Source: an uncultured Flavobacteriales bacterium (GTDB lineage Bacteria; Bacteroidota; Bacteroidia; Flavobacteriales_D; Parvicellaceae). From it: a stretch of DNA of 64,000 nt. The notes under the pieces were generated by a model that searched no databases, was not told the DNA's origin, and worked only from the letters and a program-made list of their open reading frames with translations. The stretch is taken from NCBI GenBank assembly GCA_963922585.1, contig CAWUIK010000002.1:1342-65341 (forward strand). Reading direction: 5' to 3'. The position numbers were made by a program, and so were the translations under genes. Position 1 is the stretch's first letter, and every line of letters starts with the position of its first letter. Of the stretch, positions 9,425 through 20,602 are shown piece by piece.

Positions 9425-9970
9425 TTACAAAGCGTCCTTCATATCATCATATACTCTCTCACATTCAATTGAATCAACAGCATTTCTAAAGAACCTTAGT
9501 AAGTGTAGCATCTGCGTGTGGCCTTTTGTTTTACCAATACTACTCACTATAAAAATACTTAATAAAATAACCAAAGAAAGTGGCAAAATGAACAGAAAAC
9601 TAGTAGTGCCATTGAGTTGCCATTTAACCAAAGCGAACATTGATCCAAAAAAACTCAAGACAGAAAAGCCGATGTATAACATCATAATCATTTGCCAAAC
9701 CGTTTCTTTTGGACCTATCTGACATCTAATGATACATTTATCTTCTTCTTGTTCAAAAGTTAAATTCAAAACAGGAGACCAATAGTGTTGATCTTTTTTG
9801 GGGATGCTTAATCTTATAGACCGATCATAGTGATTTCCAATAATGGTGTCGTCATTTATTTCATAAGATTTGATAAGCGCCATTACGTCCTCTTTTTTCT
9901 CGGGAGTTTGTAATTTGAAACGGGGTCGGATTTTTCCAACGGTAGATTCGTCTAATTTATTAAAAGGCAT
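9425..9970 (-). CDS. membrane protein, unknown function
   Basis: 181 aa with a soluble N-terminal half followed by two hydrophobic helices. Confidence 0.5.
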   Translation of the reverse strand: MPFNKLDESTVGKIRPRFKLQTPEKKEDVMALIKSYEINDDTIIGNHYDRSIRLSIPKKDQHYWSPVLNLTFEQEEDKCIIRCQIGPKETVWQMIMMLYIGFSVLSFFGSMFALVKWQLNGTTSFLFILPLSLVILLSIFIVSSIGKTKGHTQMLHLLRFFRNAVDSIECERVYDDMKDAL

Positions 9971-10029
9971 GTAGTAGTATTTTTTGGGAAATTAAAAAAA
10001 AATCACAAAAATCACTATAAAAAGATTAA

Positions 10030-10677
10030 TTAATCATCTTTCTTTTTAAAATCACCTTCTTTCCATGCTTTTATGAATTTGGCCCACGCAATAGGATTCA
10101 AGATATTCATAGGTGGATACTGTCCTGAGTAATACAATCGATTTTGTACCTGTTGCATTTGCCAGTTAAAGTTCATCTGACCATTCATTGGAAGCGCTTG
10201 GGCATATTCGTTCATTGCTTTATTATTGAGGTTAGCCTCGGCACGTTTTAAATCATCATTTGGAATATCTGCATTTACAAAAGCTTGAGCGAATTGTTCT
10301 TTACTAGGCCAAGGATAAATATCTGCTTGTTTCAATAAAATGGTATCTGGATCCATGATGTGAATCAAGCTGTAATTATCACCACTTATCAAAGTATCAG
10401 GAATTTGAAAATAAGACGTTTTGTATCCAACACTCGAAAATCTAATAGAATCACCCATTTTGGCAACGAAAGAGAAATAGCCAAAATAATCTGAAGTTGT
10501 TCCCGAACGAGTGCTAATATCAATGATATGTGCAAATGGAATAGGATTAATGCTATCTGTAGAAACAACTACACCATTAAACTGAATCAATCCCTCGTAG
10601 TATAAAGAGTCTTTTTGACTAAATCCTTTAAGTGAAAAAATTAATAGTATAAAAAAAAGCGTATTTTTGAGCTTCAT
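10030..10677 (-). CDS. carboxypeptidase-regulatory-like domain protein
   Basis: The signal peptide starts at an internal Met (MKLKNTLFFILLIFSLKGFSQ). FNGVVVS...PIPFAHII....GTTSD..GYFSF.....DSIRFSSVGYKT is a CarboxypepD_reg-like pattern. Confidence 0.55.
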   Translation of the reverse strand: MKLKNTLFFILLIFSLKGFSQKDSLYYEGLIQFNGVVVSTDSINPIPFAHIIDISTRSGTTSDYFGYFSFVAKMGDSIRFSSVGYKTSYFQIPDTLISGDNYSLIHIMDPDTILLKQADIYPWPSKEQFAQAFVNADIPNDDLKRAEANLNNKAMNEYAQALPMNGQMNFNWQMQQVQNRLYYSGQYPPMNILNPIAWAKFIKAWKEGDFKKKDD

Positions 10678-10756
10678 AACATTTACGATTAAGTGAATAA
10701 AAATCACGTTAATTCAAAAATACTAACAAAAACATTACCATAAAAGGATATTTATC

Positions 10757-11812
10757 ATGAAAGTAGTTTATTTAGCAATTTTAACATTTTTATTGGGGAT
10801 TTCTATATCTGCTCAAATAACCATCTCTCATTTTGACATGCCCTATGCAAATTCTGTTTTTATGTATCACAATACGCTAGACTTGATATCTGAAGACTTT
10901 TCTTTGACAGGTGCAAATTACAATTGGGATTATTCACAGGCTACTCCTAATAATAACGATACGCTTAATATTGTTACTGTATCCTCTACCCCACTTGCTT
11001 ATCAATTGTTCTTTAACAATCCTTTTCAATATCCTAATCATAAAGCAGATTACGCTATAGCTGGACAAGATTTGGATGTTTTCGGACAAGTTACCATTGA
11101 AAATAGATTTGATTATTATAGAGTAAACAATAATTCATTGGAAATAACTGGTTTTGGTGCGAATATAAACGGAGTTCCAGCTTCCGTAAAATATGATACC
11201 ATTGATCAAATATATCCATTTTTAATTGCTTACAACATGCCTACTCATTATTCTTCAGGGTATTTTTTAACTACTATTCCTACGCTTGGAACCTATGGGC
11301 AGCATATCAAAAGAGAAGTAGTAGCAGATGGTTGGGGAAGTATAACAACACCTACAAAGACATATCCCAATACATTGAGGGTGAAAACAACTTTATATAT
11401 CACAGATACGATTTATGTCGATCAATTTTCTTTTGGACAAACGATAAATCGACCCATAGAAGTAAGATATGAATGGCTTACACAAACAGACAACGCACCT
11501 GTGATGTCTGTAACTCAAAACGGAGGTCAGATATCAAACGTAAAGTATCTTACACCAATAGCAGCTACCATAGAAGAATCAAAGTTTGATTTGACCATAT
11601 TCCCTTCAAATCAAGAGGGTATTTTTAATATCTCAAATCCTCAAAATTTTCCAATTTCATCAATTCAATGCTATGATTTGTTTGGAAGGTTATTGATAAG
11701 TGAGCATTATCAATTCAATTCGATAGATATAAGAAATTATCCAAATGGGGTTTATTTGATACATTTAGAATCAGAGCATTTTGGTACCATTACAAAAAAG
11801 ATTTACAGATAA
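10757..11812 (+). CDS. secreted protein with T9SS type A C-terminal sorting domain
   Basis: Has a signal peptide. The C-terminus (..IFPSNQEGIFNIS...GVYLIHLESEHFGTITKKIYR) fits the Por secretion-system CTD. Confidence 0.65.
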   Translation: MKVVYLAILTFLLGISISAQITISHFDMPYANSVFMYHNTLDLISEDFSLTGANYNWDYSQATPNNNDTLNIVTVSSTPLAYQLFFNNPFQYPNHKADYAIAGQDLDVFGQVTIENRFDYYRVNNNSLEITGFGANINGVPASVKYDTIDQIYPFLIAYNMPTHYSSGYFLTTIPTLGTYGQHIKREVVADGWGSITTPTKTYPNTLRVKTTLYITDTIYVDQFSFGQTINRPIEVRYEWLTQTDNAPVMSVTQNGGQISNVKYLTPIAATIEESKFDLTIFPSNQEGIFNISNPQNFPISSIQCYDLFGRLLISEHYQFNSIDIRNYPNGVYLIHLESEHFGTITKKIYR

Positions 11813-11816
11813 GCGA

Positions 11817-13316
11817 ATGGAGATTATAAAAGTAGGCATAGAAGATTTTTCAATAGAAAACATCAACTATATAATTCAAAAAGATGTTCAATTAGAACTA
11901 AGTGAAGATGCATTCCAAAAAATTCAAAATTGTCGTGATTATTTGGATAAAAAAATGGAAGATGATGCGCAGGTTTATTATGGAATAAATACGGGATTTG
12001 GTTCGTTGTGTAACACAAAGATTTCAAAAGAAGATTTGAGTAAGTTACAAGAAAATTTAGTTAAATCTCATGCATGTGGATTAGGAGATGAAGTAGAGCC
12101 TGTGATTGTGAAAATAATGCTCTTACTTAAAATTCAAGGTCTTTCATATGGTCATTCAGGTGTTTCAGTTGCCACAGTACAAAGGTTAATCGATTTCTAT
12201 AATCACAATATTTTACCAGTGGTATATCAAGAAGGATCGTTAGGAGCCTCTGGAGATTTAGCTCCTTTAGCACACTTAAGTTTACCGCTTTTAGGATTAG
12301 GATATGTAGACTACAATGGTGCAAGAAAAAAATCCTCTGAAGTTTTAGAACAAATGGGTTGGGAACCAATTGTCTTACAAAGCAAAGAAGGTTTAGCGTT
12401 GCTCAATGGCACGCAGTTTATGAGTGCACATGGTTGTTGGGCAATCATTCAAGCCAAAAGATTGAGCGATTTTGCAGATATTATCGGTGCCATTTCTTTA
12501 GAAGCATTTGATGGAAGAAAAGATCCTTTCACATCACAAGTGCATCTCGTGAGAGCTCATGAAGGTCAAATAAAAACGGCTAGCAAATTGAATGAAATAT
12601 TAGAGGGAAGTCAATTAATTCTTCAAGAAAAAGTTAATGTTCAAGACCCTTACTCATTTAGATGTATTCCTCAAGTTCATGGTGCTTCAAAAGAAACTAT
12701 TTCTTTTGCAGAAGGTGTTTTTAATAAAGAAATTAATTCAGTTACAGACAATCCAACTATTTTTCCTGATGAAGATTTGATTGTTTCAGCAGGGAACTTT
12801 CATGGACAACCATTAGCACTAGCTGCAGATTATTTATGCATCGCGCTTTCTGAATTTGGAAGTATAAGTGAAAGAAGAATCTATAAATTAATAGGAGGAA
12901 CAAGAGGTTTGCCTTCCTTTTTAGTTGCAAAACCAGGTTTAAATAGTGGTTTTATGATTGTGCAATACGCTATAGCTTCAGTAGCAAGTAAAAACAAAAC
13001 ACTTTGTACGCCTTCATCTGTAGACACTATTGATTCTTCTCAAGGACAGGAAGATCACGTTTCCATGGGAGCAAATGCTGTAGTAAAACTGATAGAGATT
13101 GTAAAAAATTTAGAGAAAATACTAGCGATTGAATTAATGACTGCTTGTCAAGCATTGGAATTTAGAGGAGCAGACAAAACATCTCCATTGTTATACAAAA
13201 TATACAATGACTTCAGAAAGCAAGTTAGTTTCATCGAAGATGATGTATTGATGCATGATGAAATGGAAAAAGCAATCGCTTTTTTGCAAGAATATGCATT
13301 AATTATGAATAATTAA
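11817..13316 (+). CDS. hutH: histidine ammonia-lyase
   Basis: ASGDLAPLAHL (MIO-forming Ala-Ser-Gly), about 500 aa. The selectivity position reads KSHACG (Ser-His, HAL type). Start moved to the ATG at 11817 (MEIIKVG..). Confidence 0.85.
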   Translation: MEIIKVGIEDFSIENINYIIQKDVQLELSEDAFQKIQNCRDYLDKKMEDDAQVYYGINTGFGSLCNTKISKEDLSKLQENLVKSHACGLGDEVEPVIVKIMLLLKIQGLSYGHSGVSVATVQRLIDFYNHNILPVVYQEGSLGASGDLAPLAHLSLPLLGLGYVDYNGARKKSSEVLEQMGWEPIVLQSKEGLALLNGTQFMSAHGCWAIIQAKRLSDFADIIGAISLEAFDGRKDPFTSQVHLVRAHEGQIKTASKLNEILEGSQLILQEKVNVQDPYSFRCIPQVHGASKETISFAEGVFNKEINSVTDNPTIFPDEDLIVSAGNFHGQPLALAADYLCIALSEFGSISERRIYKLIGGTRGLPSFLVAKPGLNSGFMIVQYAIASVASKNKTLCTPSSVDTIDSSQGQEDHVSMGANAVVKLIEIVKNLEKILAIELMTACQALEFRGADKTSPLLYKIYNDFRKQVSFIEDDVLMHDEMEKAIAFLQEYALIMNN

Positions 13317-13370
13317 ACAACCATTATTGTTTTATAAACGTCTATCTATATACTTACAAAAAATAATTTC

Positions 13371-15089
13371 ATGAGATTTATACTTATATTTTTATCACTC
13401 ACTCTTTTATACAAAGCAAATAGCCAGGTAGTTGTAACCAACAATCAGACTGTACAATGGTACATTCAAAATGTATTAGCGGGTCCTGGGGTTCAAATTT
13501 CAAATGTAACTTATAATGCAGGTGCAGGAAATGTAGTAAATGAACAAGTTGGGTCTTTTACAGACGCATCTTCATCAATTGGACTTCCTCAAGGTTTAAT
13601 TCTTGGAAGTGGTGATGTACAAATGGCTTCTCAACCCAATACTAGCTCTGGCTCTTCATTAGGGGGAACTTTCTCAATGGGTGTTGATCCTGATTTGGCT
13701 TCAATTACGCCCAATCAAATTTATGATGAGTGTATTGTGGAATTTGATTTTATTCCCGTAGGTGATTCTATTACATTTAGTTACGTATTTGCCTCCGAAG
13801 AATATCCTGAGTATGTATGTGGTTCTGTAAATGATGCTTTTGGTTTTTTCTTATCTGGACCTAATCCTGGAGGTGGTAATTATACTGCTCAAAATCTTGC
13901 TTTGATACCGGATCCAAACAACCCCAGTGTTTATACTTCAACTCCTGTGTCAATTAATACAGTGAACCCAGGCGTTGCCGGTAGTTCAGGAAGTGCTGCA
14001 AATTGTAATGCAATAGATCCCAACTGGTCACAATATAGCTTTTTTTATGCAGGAAACAATACTTCTACAAATTATGAATATGATGGAAATACTGTTGTTT
14101 TAACTTGTAGAGCAGCTGTAATTTGCAATGAGACATATCATATCAAATTAGCCATTGGAGATGGTGGTGATGGAGCTTTTGATTCTGGAGTGTTTTTGGA
14201 AGGCGGAAGTTTTACTTCTGTTGGTGTTTCAGTTGATGCGGGTATTCTAAACGGAGCAACAAATTTATATGAAGGTTGTAATGCTGCATATTTTGCATTC
14301 AGTAGACCCGACACCCTTGAAGATTTGACAGTTAACTTTATTTGGTCTGGTACAGCTATAAATGGTTCAGATTATTTTCAAGTTCCTGATAGTATCGTTC
14401 TAAATGAAGGAGCATACACAGATACAATTTTTATTTTACCTATAGTCGATAATAGTACTGAACCTACTGAAACGGTTGAATTACTAATTTTAATTGAAAC
14501 TTGTAATGGTAATTTTGATACTATTTCAGCATCTTTAACAATAGATGATTATACTCCGATTTCTTTATCTTTACCAGACAGTTTGAATGTTTGTAATGAA
14601 CTTGTAAACCTAAATCCTAATTATAGCGGAGGACTTCCGCCATTAGTTTTTAGTTGGAGTTCTGGGCAACAAACTGATAGTATATCTTTTATGCCTGATT
14701 TAACCCAAACGTATACCCTCTCTATAAATGACGAATGTGCATCTCAACCTTCAGAAGCATCTACAGAAGTTTGGGTTCAGTGTCCATTATTACCTCCAAA
14801 TGTCTTTACACCGAATAATGATAATGAAAATGATATTTTCAAAATCCAAAATTTAGAAGATTATGAGCAATCTCATATTGTAATCTATAATAGATGGGGA
14901 AAAATTGTTTACGAAAATGATAATTATCAAAACGATTGGAATGGAACACATTATAAAAGCGGAAACGATATTGCTCCTGGTGTCTATTTCTTCATTGTTC
15001 AACCCAATTCTTATAAGTATTTGTACAACGAAAACAAAGATGAATTGCTTAGAAACAGCATTTCAGGTTATGTTCACCTAATGAGATAA
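13371..15089 (+). CDS. secreted protein: choice-of-anchor-L-like N-terminal domain plus T9SS type B (gliding-motility CHU_C) sorting domain
   Basis: Has a signal peptide. The C-terminus NVFTPNNDNENDIFKI...IYNRWGKIVYE...GVYFFIV is the type B sorting-domain signature. Confidence 0.7.
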   Translation: MRFILIFLSLTLLYKANSQVVVTNNQTVQWYIQNVLAGPGVQISNVTYNAGAGNVVNEQVGSFTDASSSIGLPQGLILGSGDVQMASQPNTSSGSSLGGTFSMGVDPDLASITPNQIYDECIVEFDFIPVGDSITFSYVFASEEYPEYVCGSVNDAFGFFLSGPNPGGGNYTAQNLALIPDPNNPSVYTSTPVSINTVNPGVAGSSGSAANCNAIDPNWSQYSFFYAGNNTSTNYEYDGNTVVLTCRAAVICNETYHIKLAIGDGGDGAFDSGVFLEGGSFTSVGVSVDAGILNGATNLYEGCNAAYFAFSRPDTLEDLTVNFIWSGTAINGSDYFQVPDSIVLNEGAYTDTIFILPIVDNSTEPTETVELLILIETCNGNFDTISASLTIDDYTPISLSLPDSLNVCNELVNLNPNYSGGLPPLVFSWSSGQQTDSISFMPDLTQTYTLSINDECASQPSEASTEVWVQCPLLPPNVFTPNNDNENDIFKIQNLEDYEQSHIVIYNRWGKIVYENDNYQNDWNGTHYKSGNDIAPGVYFFIVQPNSYKYLYNENKDELLRNSISGYVHLMR

Positions 15090-15091
15090 AA

Positions 15092-15760
15092 TTAAGGTTT
15101 TTGTAATTGCTCTTCAATTTCTGTATAACTCATATAAACTTTTTTCTTGTACTCTAAATATTCTGGAGGTGTGTTTTTGTAATGATATACAAAGCAAATC
15201 CAATCTCTACATTGCCATCCTAAACCATGGTCAATAGTTCGTTGGTCAGTAGCACGTTCAAATTTGGCTCTGAATTTTTGATTGCTGTATCCAAATCCAT
15301 TTGCAATAACTCTCAATGAAGATTTGTTTTCGTAGTCCAAAATATGTGCTAATTCGTGCCCAATGACACCAATTTTTGCGTTGAATGAAACACTGTCAAC
15401 AGGCACTTTAACGTTATCAGTATTATTGATGTAAATTACGTATGTTCGTTTGCCTTTTCTTCTCAAAACATTCAGTCCTTTGGGTCTTGCAACCATGGTA
15501 GAGTTGAGTTTCTTAGCTTTGAAAACAATTTTAGTCTCTTTGAGTTCTGGATAGTGCATCAAAGCCATTAGCGTTTCCAATTCATACTTAGGTATAATTG
15601 TTTTGTTAGTAGATAATTCTTTTTGAAGGCTATCTTTCTTAGATGCCCATTGAATTTCATCATACAAGCGAGGGGCTTGAATTTTCTGTGAAATTACTGT
15701 CGTTTTTTGAGTAAAAAATAAAAATGGCAAGATCAATATTTTAATGTTGTGACGGATCAA
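15092..15760 (-). CDS. putative zinc metalloprotease-like protein (HExxH)
   Basis: Contains IGHELAHILDY. The probable start is TTG at 15760, giving M-IRHNIKILILPFLFFTQ (signal-like). The tracked start at 15868 would run through arfB in another frame. Confidence 0.45.
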   Translation of the reverse strand: MIRHNIKILILPFLFFTQKTTVISQKIQAPRLYDEIQWASKKDSLQKELSTNKTIIPKYELETLMALMHYPELKETKIVFKAKKLNSTMVARPKGLNVLRRKGKRTYVIYINNTDNVKVPVDSVSFNAKIGVIGHELAHILDYENKSSLRVIANGFGYSNQKFRAKFERATDQRTIDHGLGWQCRDWICFVYHYKNTPPEYLEYKKKVYMSYTEIEEQLQKP

Positions 15761-16202
15761 TTTTCTTTCGCTTTTCTTTGGTTTGACTGGCTTTTTTCTT
15801 TTCTTGAATACGTTTTTCAACTTTGGCTTTGGAAGGTTTTGTAGGTATTCTCTTAATTGGAGTTTCAAAACACTTTTGAATCAGTTTTTCCATTTTGGAG
15901 ATGACATCTTCTTTATTTTTTATTTGACTTCTAGTTTTAGAAGAAGTAAGTATTATGTTTCCTGAAGTGTCTAATTTGTTTTGAAGTTTTTTGCTTAAAA
16001 GTAGTTTTTCATCGTCATCAAAAAATGAAGACTCAAGAAGGTTCCATTTCAAAAGCACTTTCGTTTCCGTTTTATTAACATGTTGTCCACCCGGCCCTCC
16101 ACTTCTGGCAGTGGAAAACGATATTTCATGAAGAATATTTGTTATAGAAAACTTCAAAGTAATTGCATTCTTTTTTGTAAAACTACAAAAAAAATTTATC
16201 AA
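15741..16202 (-). CDS. arfB: alternative ribosome-rescue factor ArfB (GGQ peptidyl-tRNA hydrolase)
   Basis: GGPGGQHVNKTETKV (GGQ motif) plus a Lys/Arg-rich C-terminal tail, about 140-150 aa. The exact start is uncertain. Confidence 0.8.
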   Translation of the reverse strand: MINFFCSFTKKNAITLKFSITNILHEISFSTARSGGPGGQHVNKTETKVLLKWNLLESSFFDDDEKLLLSKKLQNKLDTSGNIILTSSKTRSQIKNKEDVISKMEKLIQKCFETPIKRIPTKPSKAKVEKRIQEKKKASQTKEKRKKIDPSQH

Positions 16203-16229
16203 AAAAAGTCAGTAAAAATAATCCCTCTA

Positions 16230-17552
16230 CTAAGTTTTCGCTGTATTAGAAAAATCGAAGGAAGTTTTTGTTGTTATAGTTGCTCCCAGCTCATTCAAAA
16301 GAGAAAAGAGCCCAAAGTAAGTTCTGTTGATGTATAAAATATGTTTTGAACCTCTAGCCATGCCATTTTTTCTAAGGTCTTTTCTATTTTTTAGTTCATC
16401 ACCCATAGCATAAAGTTCATCAAAATACTTTTGGTCTGAGAAGTCAAAAGTGTCATTTAAGAATGGGCGTATTAGCAGAGACATAGAGTTTTTGAAAACA
16501 TCAAAAAATAAGTCTTGACTTGATTTTGGTTCGTCTCTAAAGATAAATTCTAAATCGAAAAATAGTTCTCGCAGACTTTCATCATTGTTAACTATTTTTG
16601 CATCAAGCAACTGAAAATATTTGTAATAAAACTCATCGGGGATTTGTTTTACACAACCAAAATCAATCAAACCGATGTTACCATCCTTTTGAATGATAAA
16701 GTTTCCAGGATGAGGATCAGCATGAATGGCTCTAATATTATTTACTTGAAAGTCATATAGGTTCCAAAGTTTTTGCCCAATACTGTTTTTTTCAGTTTGA
16801 GAAGGATTAGTTGCTAAGTATTCTTTTAAGTGTAGACCATCTAACCAATCCATAGTCAAAATTCTTTTGCAAGAATATTCAGGATAATATTTTGGGAAAA
16901 CAAATCCCTCAAGTTCTTTACTTGCTTCACCCATTTCTATGGATTGGCGAAGTTCATTTTCATAATCCGTCTCTTCCAAGAGTTTTGATTCTACTTCTTC
17001 AAAATATTGTTTTACTTCTGCTTCTTTCAATCCCAACATCTTCATGGCAATAGGTTTTACCATTTTTAAATCTGATTTCACACTATCTGCTACACCTGGA
17101 TATTGAACCTTTACAGCCAGTGTTTTTTCGTTTAATGTAGCTTTATGAACTTGTCCTATAGATGCAGCATTAACAGCATTCTGAGTAAAAGTGTTGAAGA
17201 TTTCAGTTGGAGATTTTCCAAAGAATTGTCTAAATGTTTTTACTACTAATGGATATGATAATGGAGGAGCAGAATATTGTGCTAATGAAAACTTGTTTTG
17301 CATTGCTTGAGGAAGCATATTTTTGTCCATGCTCATAATTTGAGCAACTTTCAGTGCGCTTCCTTTTAATTCACTCAAAGACGCGTAGATATCTTCAGCA
17401 TTTGCTTCGTCTAAATCTTCTCTTGCATGCTCATTTCCTACTGCTTTTTTGGCAAAATATTTTACATAATTCCCGCCTAATTTAGCTCCAGTGGAAATTA
17501 ATTTTGCAGCTCTTTGCACCTTACTTGTTGGAATTTTATTCTGTTCTTTCAT
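16230..17552 (-). CDS. ABC1/UbiB (AarF) atypical kinase family protein
   Basis: 440 aa with SIGQVHKA..LAVKVQYPGV and HADPHPGNF..IGLIDFG motifs. Confidence 0.8.
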   Translation of the reverse strand: MKEQNKIPTSKVQRAAKLISTGAKLGGNYVKYFAKKAVGNEHAREDLDEANAEDIYASLSELKGSALKVAQIMSMDKNMLPQAMQNKFSLAQYSAPPLSYPLVVKTFRQFFGKSPTEIFNTFTQNAVNAASIGQVHKATLNEKTLAVKVQYPGVADSVKSDLKMVKPIAMKMLGLKEAEVKQYFEEVESKLLEETDYENELRQSIEMGEASKELEGFVFPKYYPEYSCKRILTMDWLDGLHLKEYLATNPSQTEKNSIGQKLWNLYDFQVNNIRAIHADPHPGNFIIQKDGNIGLIDFGCVKQIPDEFYYKYFQLLDAKIVNNDESLRELFFDLEFIFRDEPKSSQDLFFDVFKNSMSLLIRPFLNDTFDFSDQKYFDELYAMGDELKNRKDLRKNGMARGSKHILYINRTYFGLFSLLNELGATITTKTSFDFSNTAKT

Positions 17553-17760
17553 TATGAAACTTTGCTGATTATGTATTTAATTTAGGAAAACGTAAATCAT
17601 TGAACCCGGAACTTTGAACTACAATATTTATAACACTAAGTTAGTTAATTTGTTGCGTTTTACATATCATATTTGTGATTTTTTAGGAATATTTAATAAA
17701 GAGAAATTATTTGTTTATCAATTCATGCTATAAAAAAGCATCACCATTTCAAAATTTATA

Positions 17761-17768
17761 TACATTTG
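17761..17768 (+). promoter_or_regulatory. -7 promoter box (TAnnTTTG) for gdhA
   Basis: TACATTTG about 40 nt upstream of the ATG at 17808. Confidence 0.4.
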
Positions 17769-17774
17769 CCATGA

Positions 17775-19157
<1,383 letters not shown>

Positions 19158-19175
19158 TACGACTTATTTTATAAT

Positions 19176-19212
19176 ACAAAAAAGGCAATTCAACAATGAG
19201 TTGCCTTTTTTG
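19176..19212. terminator. bidirectional rho-independent terminator
   Basis: AAGGCAA (19182-19188) pairs with TTGCCTT (19201-19207), with an A-run before and a T-run after. It lies between convergent genes. Confidence 0.8.
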
Positions 19213-19247
19213 GTCTAATCAAAATTTAAAAAGTGATTAATCTATTG

Positions 19248-20189
19248 TTAGATCTTTCTAAACCACCCTACCATGGGAGCAGGAAAAGGTAAAAGTTCAT
19301 TGTCAATTACTAGACCAGCAAAACCAAATTGAAATGCTGCATCAGGCTGGATTTGATATCTAATACCTGGTATTAAAATTCCTCCTCCTGTTCTTTTTTG
19401 TTGAACAGTTATATATGTACCATTGGGTTGGTATTGTTGCACAGGTTTGTACCCTATTCCAGGTACTATAAAAGAATCAAAAACGATACTTATTTTTTTA
19501 CCAACTTTAGCCATACCCGCAATTGACATCAACGCTCTTCCACTATTGTCGCCATCAAAAGCTACAAATCCATAACCTCCAGAAATATTTAAATTCGCTT
19601 TTCTATCTCCCAGGGTTAAAACCCCAAAAGGTAAAACGCCTCCATACCTTGGTAATACCCAAGATCCAGTTCCTGCTAATAAACCAATACCTAAACTGGT
19701 TTTGTTTCCTAAATTTATACTATACTTAGCCGTCCCGATGATAGGAATTCCTATCCAAGATGTCATGATTCCAACTCCAAAATTTTTGCCCACTCCCCAG
19801 TGAAAGTCAGGGCCAAAGAGATTCCATAAAATATAGTTTTCTCCTTTTTCCAAAGGAAGGCCATTGGTGGTAATAAAATATCTTGTTGCAAAAACCTCAT
19901 TAGGAACATATTCACCTTTAGAATTTATTTGCCCTTCTTCAAGTTCTTTGATACTTTTAACCTGATATTTTGGAATGGAAATTTCACCCCTATCTTTTGT
20001 TAGTACAAGTACCTCTTTTGCATCTTGAGAAATAATAGTTCCCATAAAAAAATTACCGTCAACCGTTTCAATTATATAAGTTTTCTCATCTTTTACATAA
20101 GACGTTGAGTCTGTTTGAGCGTAATTTTTAGTAGTTATAAAACTTGTTAAAATAACTATAAAAAAGATTTTTAAATGTTGAGTAAGCAT
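19248..20189 (-). CDS. secreted, Gly-rich beta-strand-like protein (possible outer-membrane protein), unknown function
   Basis: 313 aa with a signal peptide ending ..NYAQT, a C-terminal aromatic residue pattern, and no recognisable catalytic motif. Confidence 0.45.
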   Translation of the reverse strand: MLTQHLKIFFIVILTSFITTKNYAQTDSTSYVKDEKTYIIETVDGNFFMGTIISQDAKEVLVLTKDRGEISIPKYQVKSIKELEEGQINSKGEYVPNEVFATRYFITTNGLPLEKGENYILWNLFGPDFHWGVGKNFGVGIMTSWIGIPIIGTAKYSINLGNKTSLGIGLLAGTGSWVLPRYGGVLPFGVLTLGDRKANLNISGGYGFVAFDGDNSGRALMSIAGMAKVGKKISIVFDSFIVPGIGYKPVQQYQPNGTYITVQQKRTGGGILIPGIRYQIQPDAAFQFGFAGLVIDNELLPFPAPMVGWFRKI

Positions 20190-20335
20190 AATCTAATGTA
20201 TTTATGTTAGTATAAATGTAGGATAATAATTAGAAAATAAATAAAAAATAAGTAATTGAAATAAAGTTTCGGAGGAACCAGGGACTTATAATTTATTTTT
20301 AATAATATCAATTAAAAATTCAAAAAGCTTTATAA

Positions 20336-20369
20336 AATAAAAAAGAGAGTAATTATTACTCTCTTTTTT
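20336..20369 (-). terminator. rho-independent terminator downstream of tRNA-Phe
   Basis: AGAGAGTAA (20344-20352) pairs with TTACTCTCT (20356-20364), flanked by A and T runs. Confidence 0.75.
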
Positions 20370-20370
20370 G

Positions 20371-20443
<73 letters not shown>

Positions 20444-20459
20444 AGCCTTAATCGGGGTG

Positions 20460-20467
20460 CAAATATA
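20460..20467 (-). promoter_or_regulatory. -7 promoter box (TAnnTTTG) for tRNA-Phe
   Basis: Minus-strand TATATTTG 17 nt upstream of the tRNA 5' end. It lies within the 11-mer GTGCAAATATA, which is also found upstream of tRNA-fMet. Confidence 0.5.
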
Positions 20468-20602
20468 ATAGTTATTTTTATATTACCATATTTTATGACA
20501 AAAAAATCAGTTTTTTTTAAAATTGATGTTTTAATGGGCTGATATTCTTTAGAATTAAAAGAATATCAACTAATTTAGCAGAATAATATGATTAGTATTT
20601 AG

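Noticed and set aside
11817-13316. The ammonia-lyase as a tyrosine ammonia-lyase of a flexirubin-type pigment cluster
   Set aside because: The substrate-selectivity position reads Ser-His (KSHACG), as in histidine ammonia-lyases. No polyketide or flexirubin genes flank it.
15761-15868. N-terminal 36 codons of the tracked 258-aa ORF
   Set aside because: This part lies entirely inside arfB in another frame and is Lys-rich because it mirrors the arfB basic tail. TTG at 15760 gives a signal-like N-terminus instead.
20275-20285. 11-nt match (GAACCAGGGAC) to the tRNA-Phe T-arm region about 100 bp downstream of the tRNA, as a possible att-site scar
   Set aside because: The match is short and internal to the tRNA rather than at its 3' end. 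There is no flanking element or integrase. It is much weaker than the tRNA-fMet duplication.
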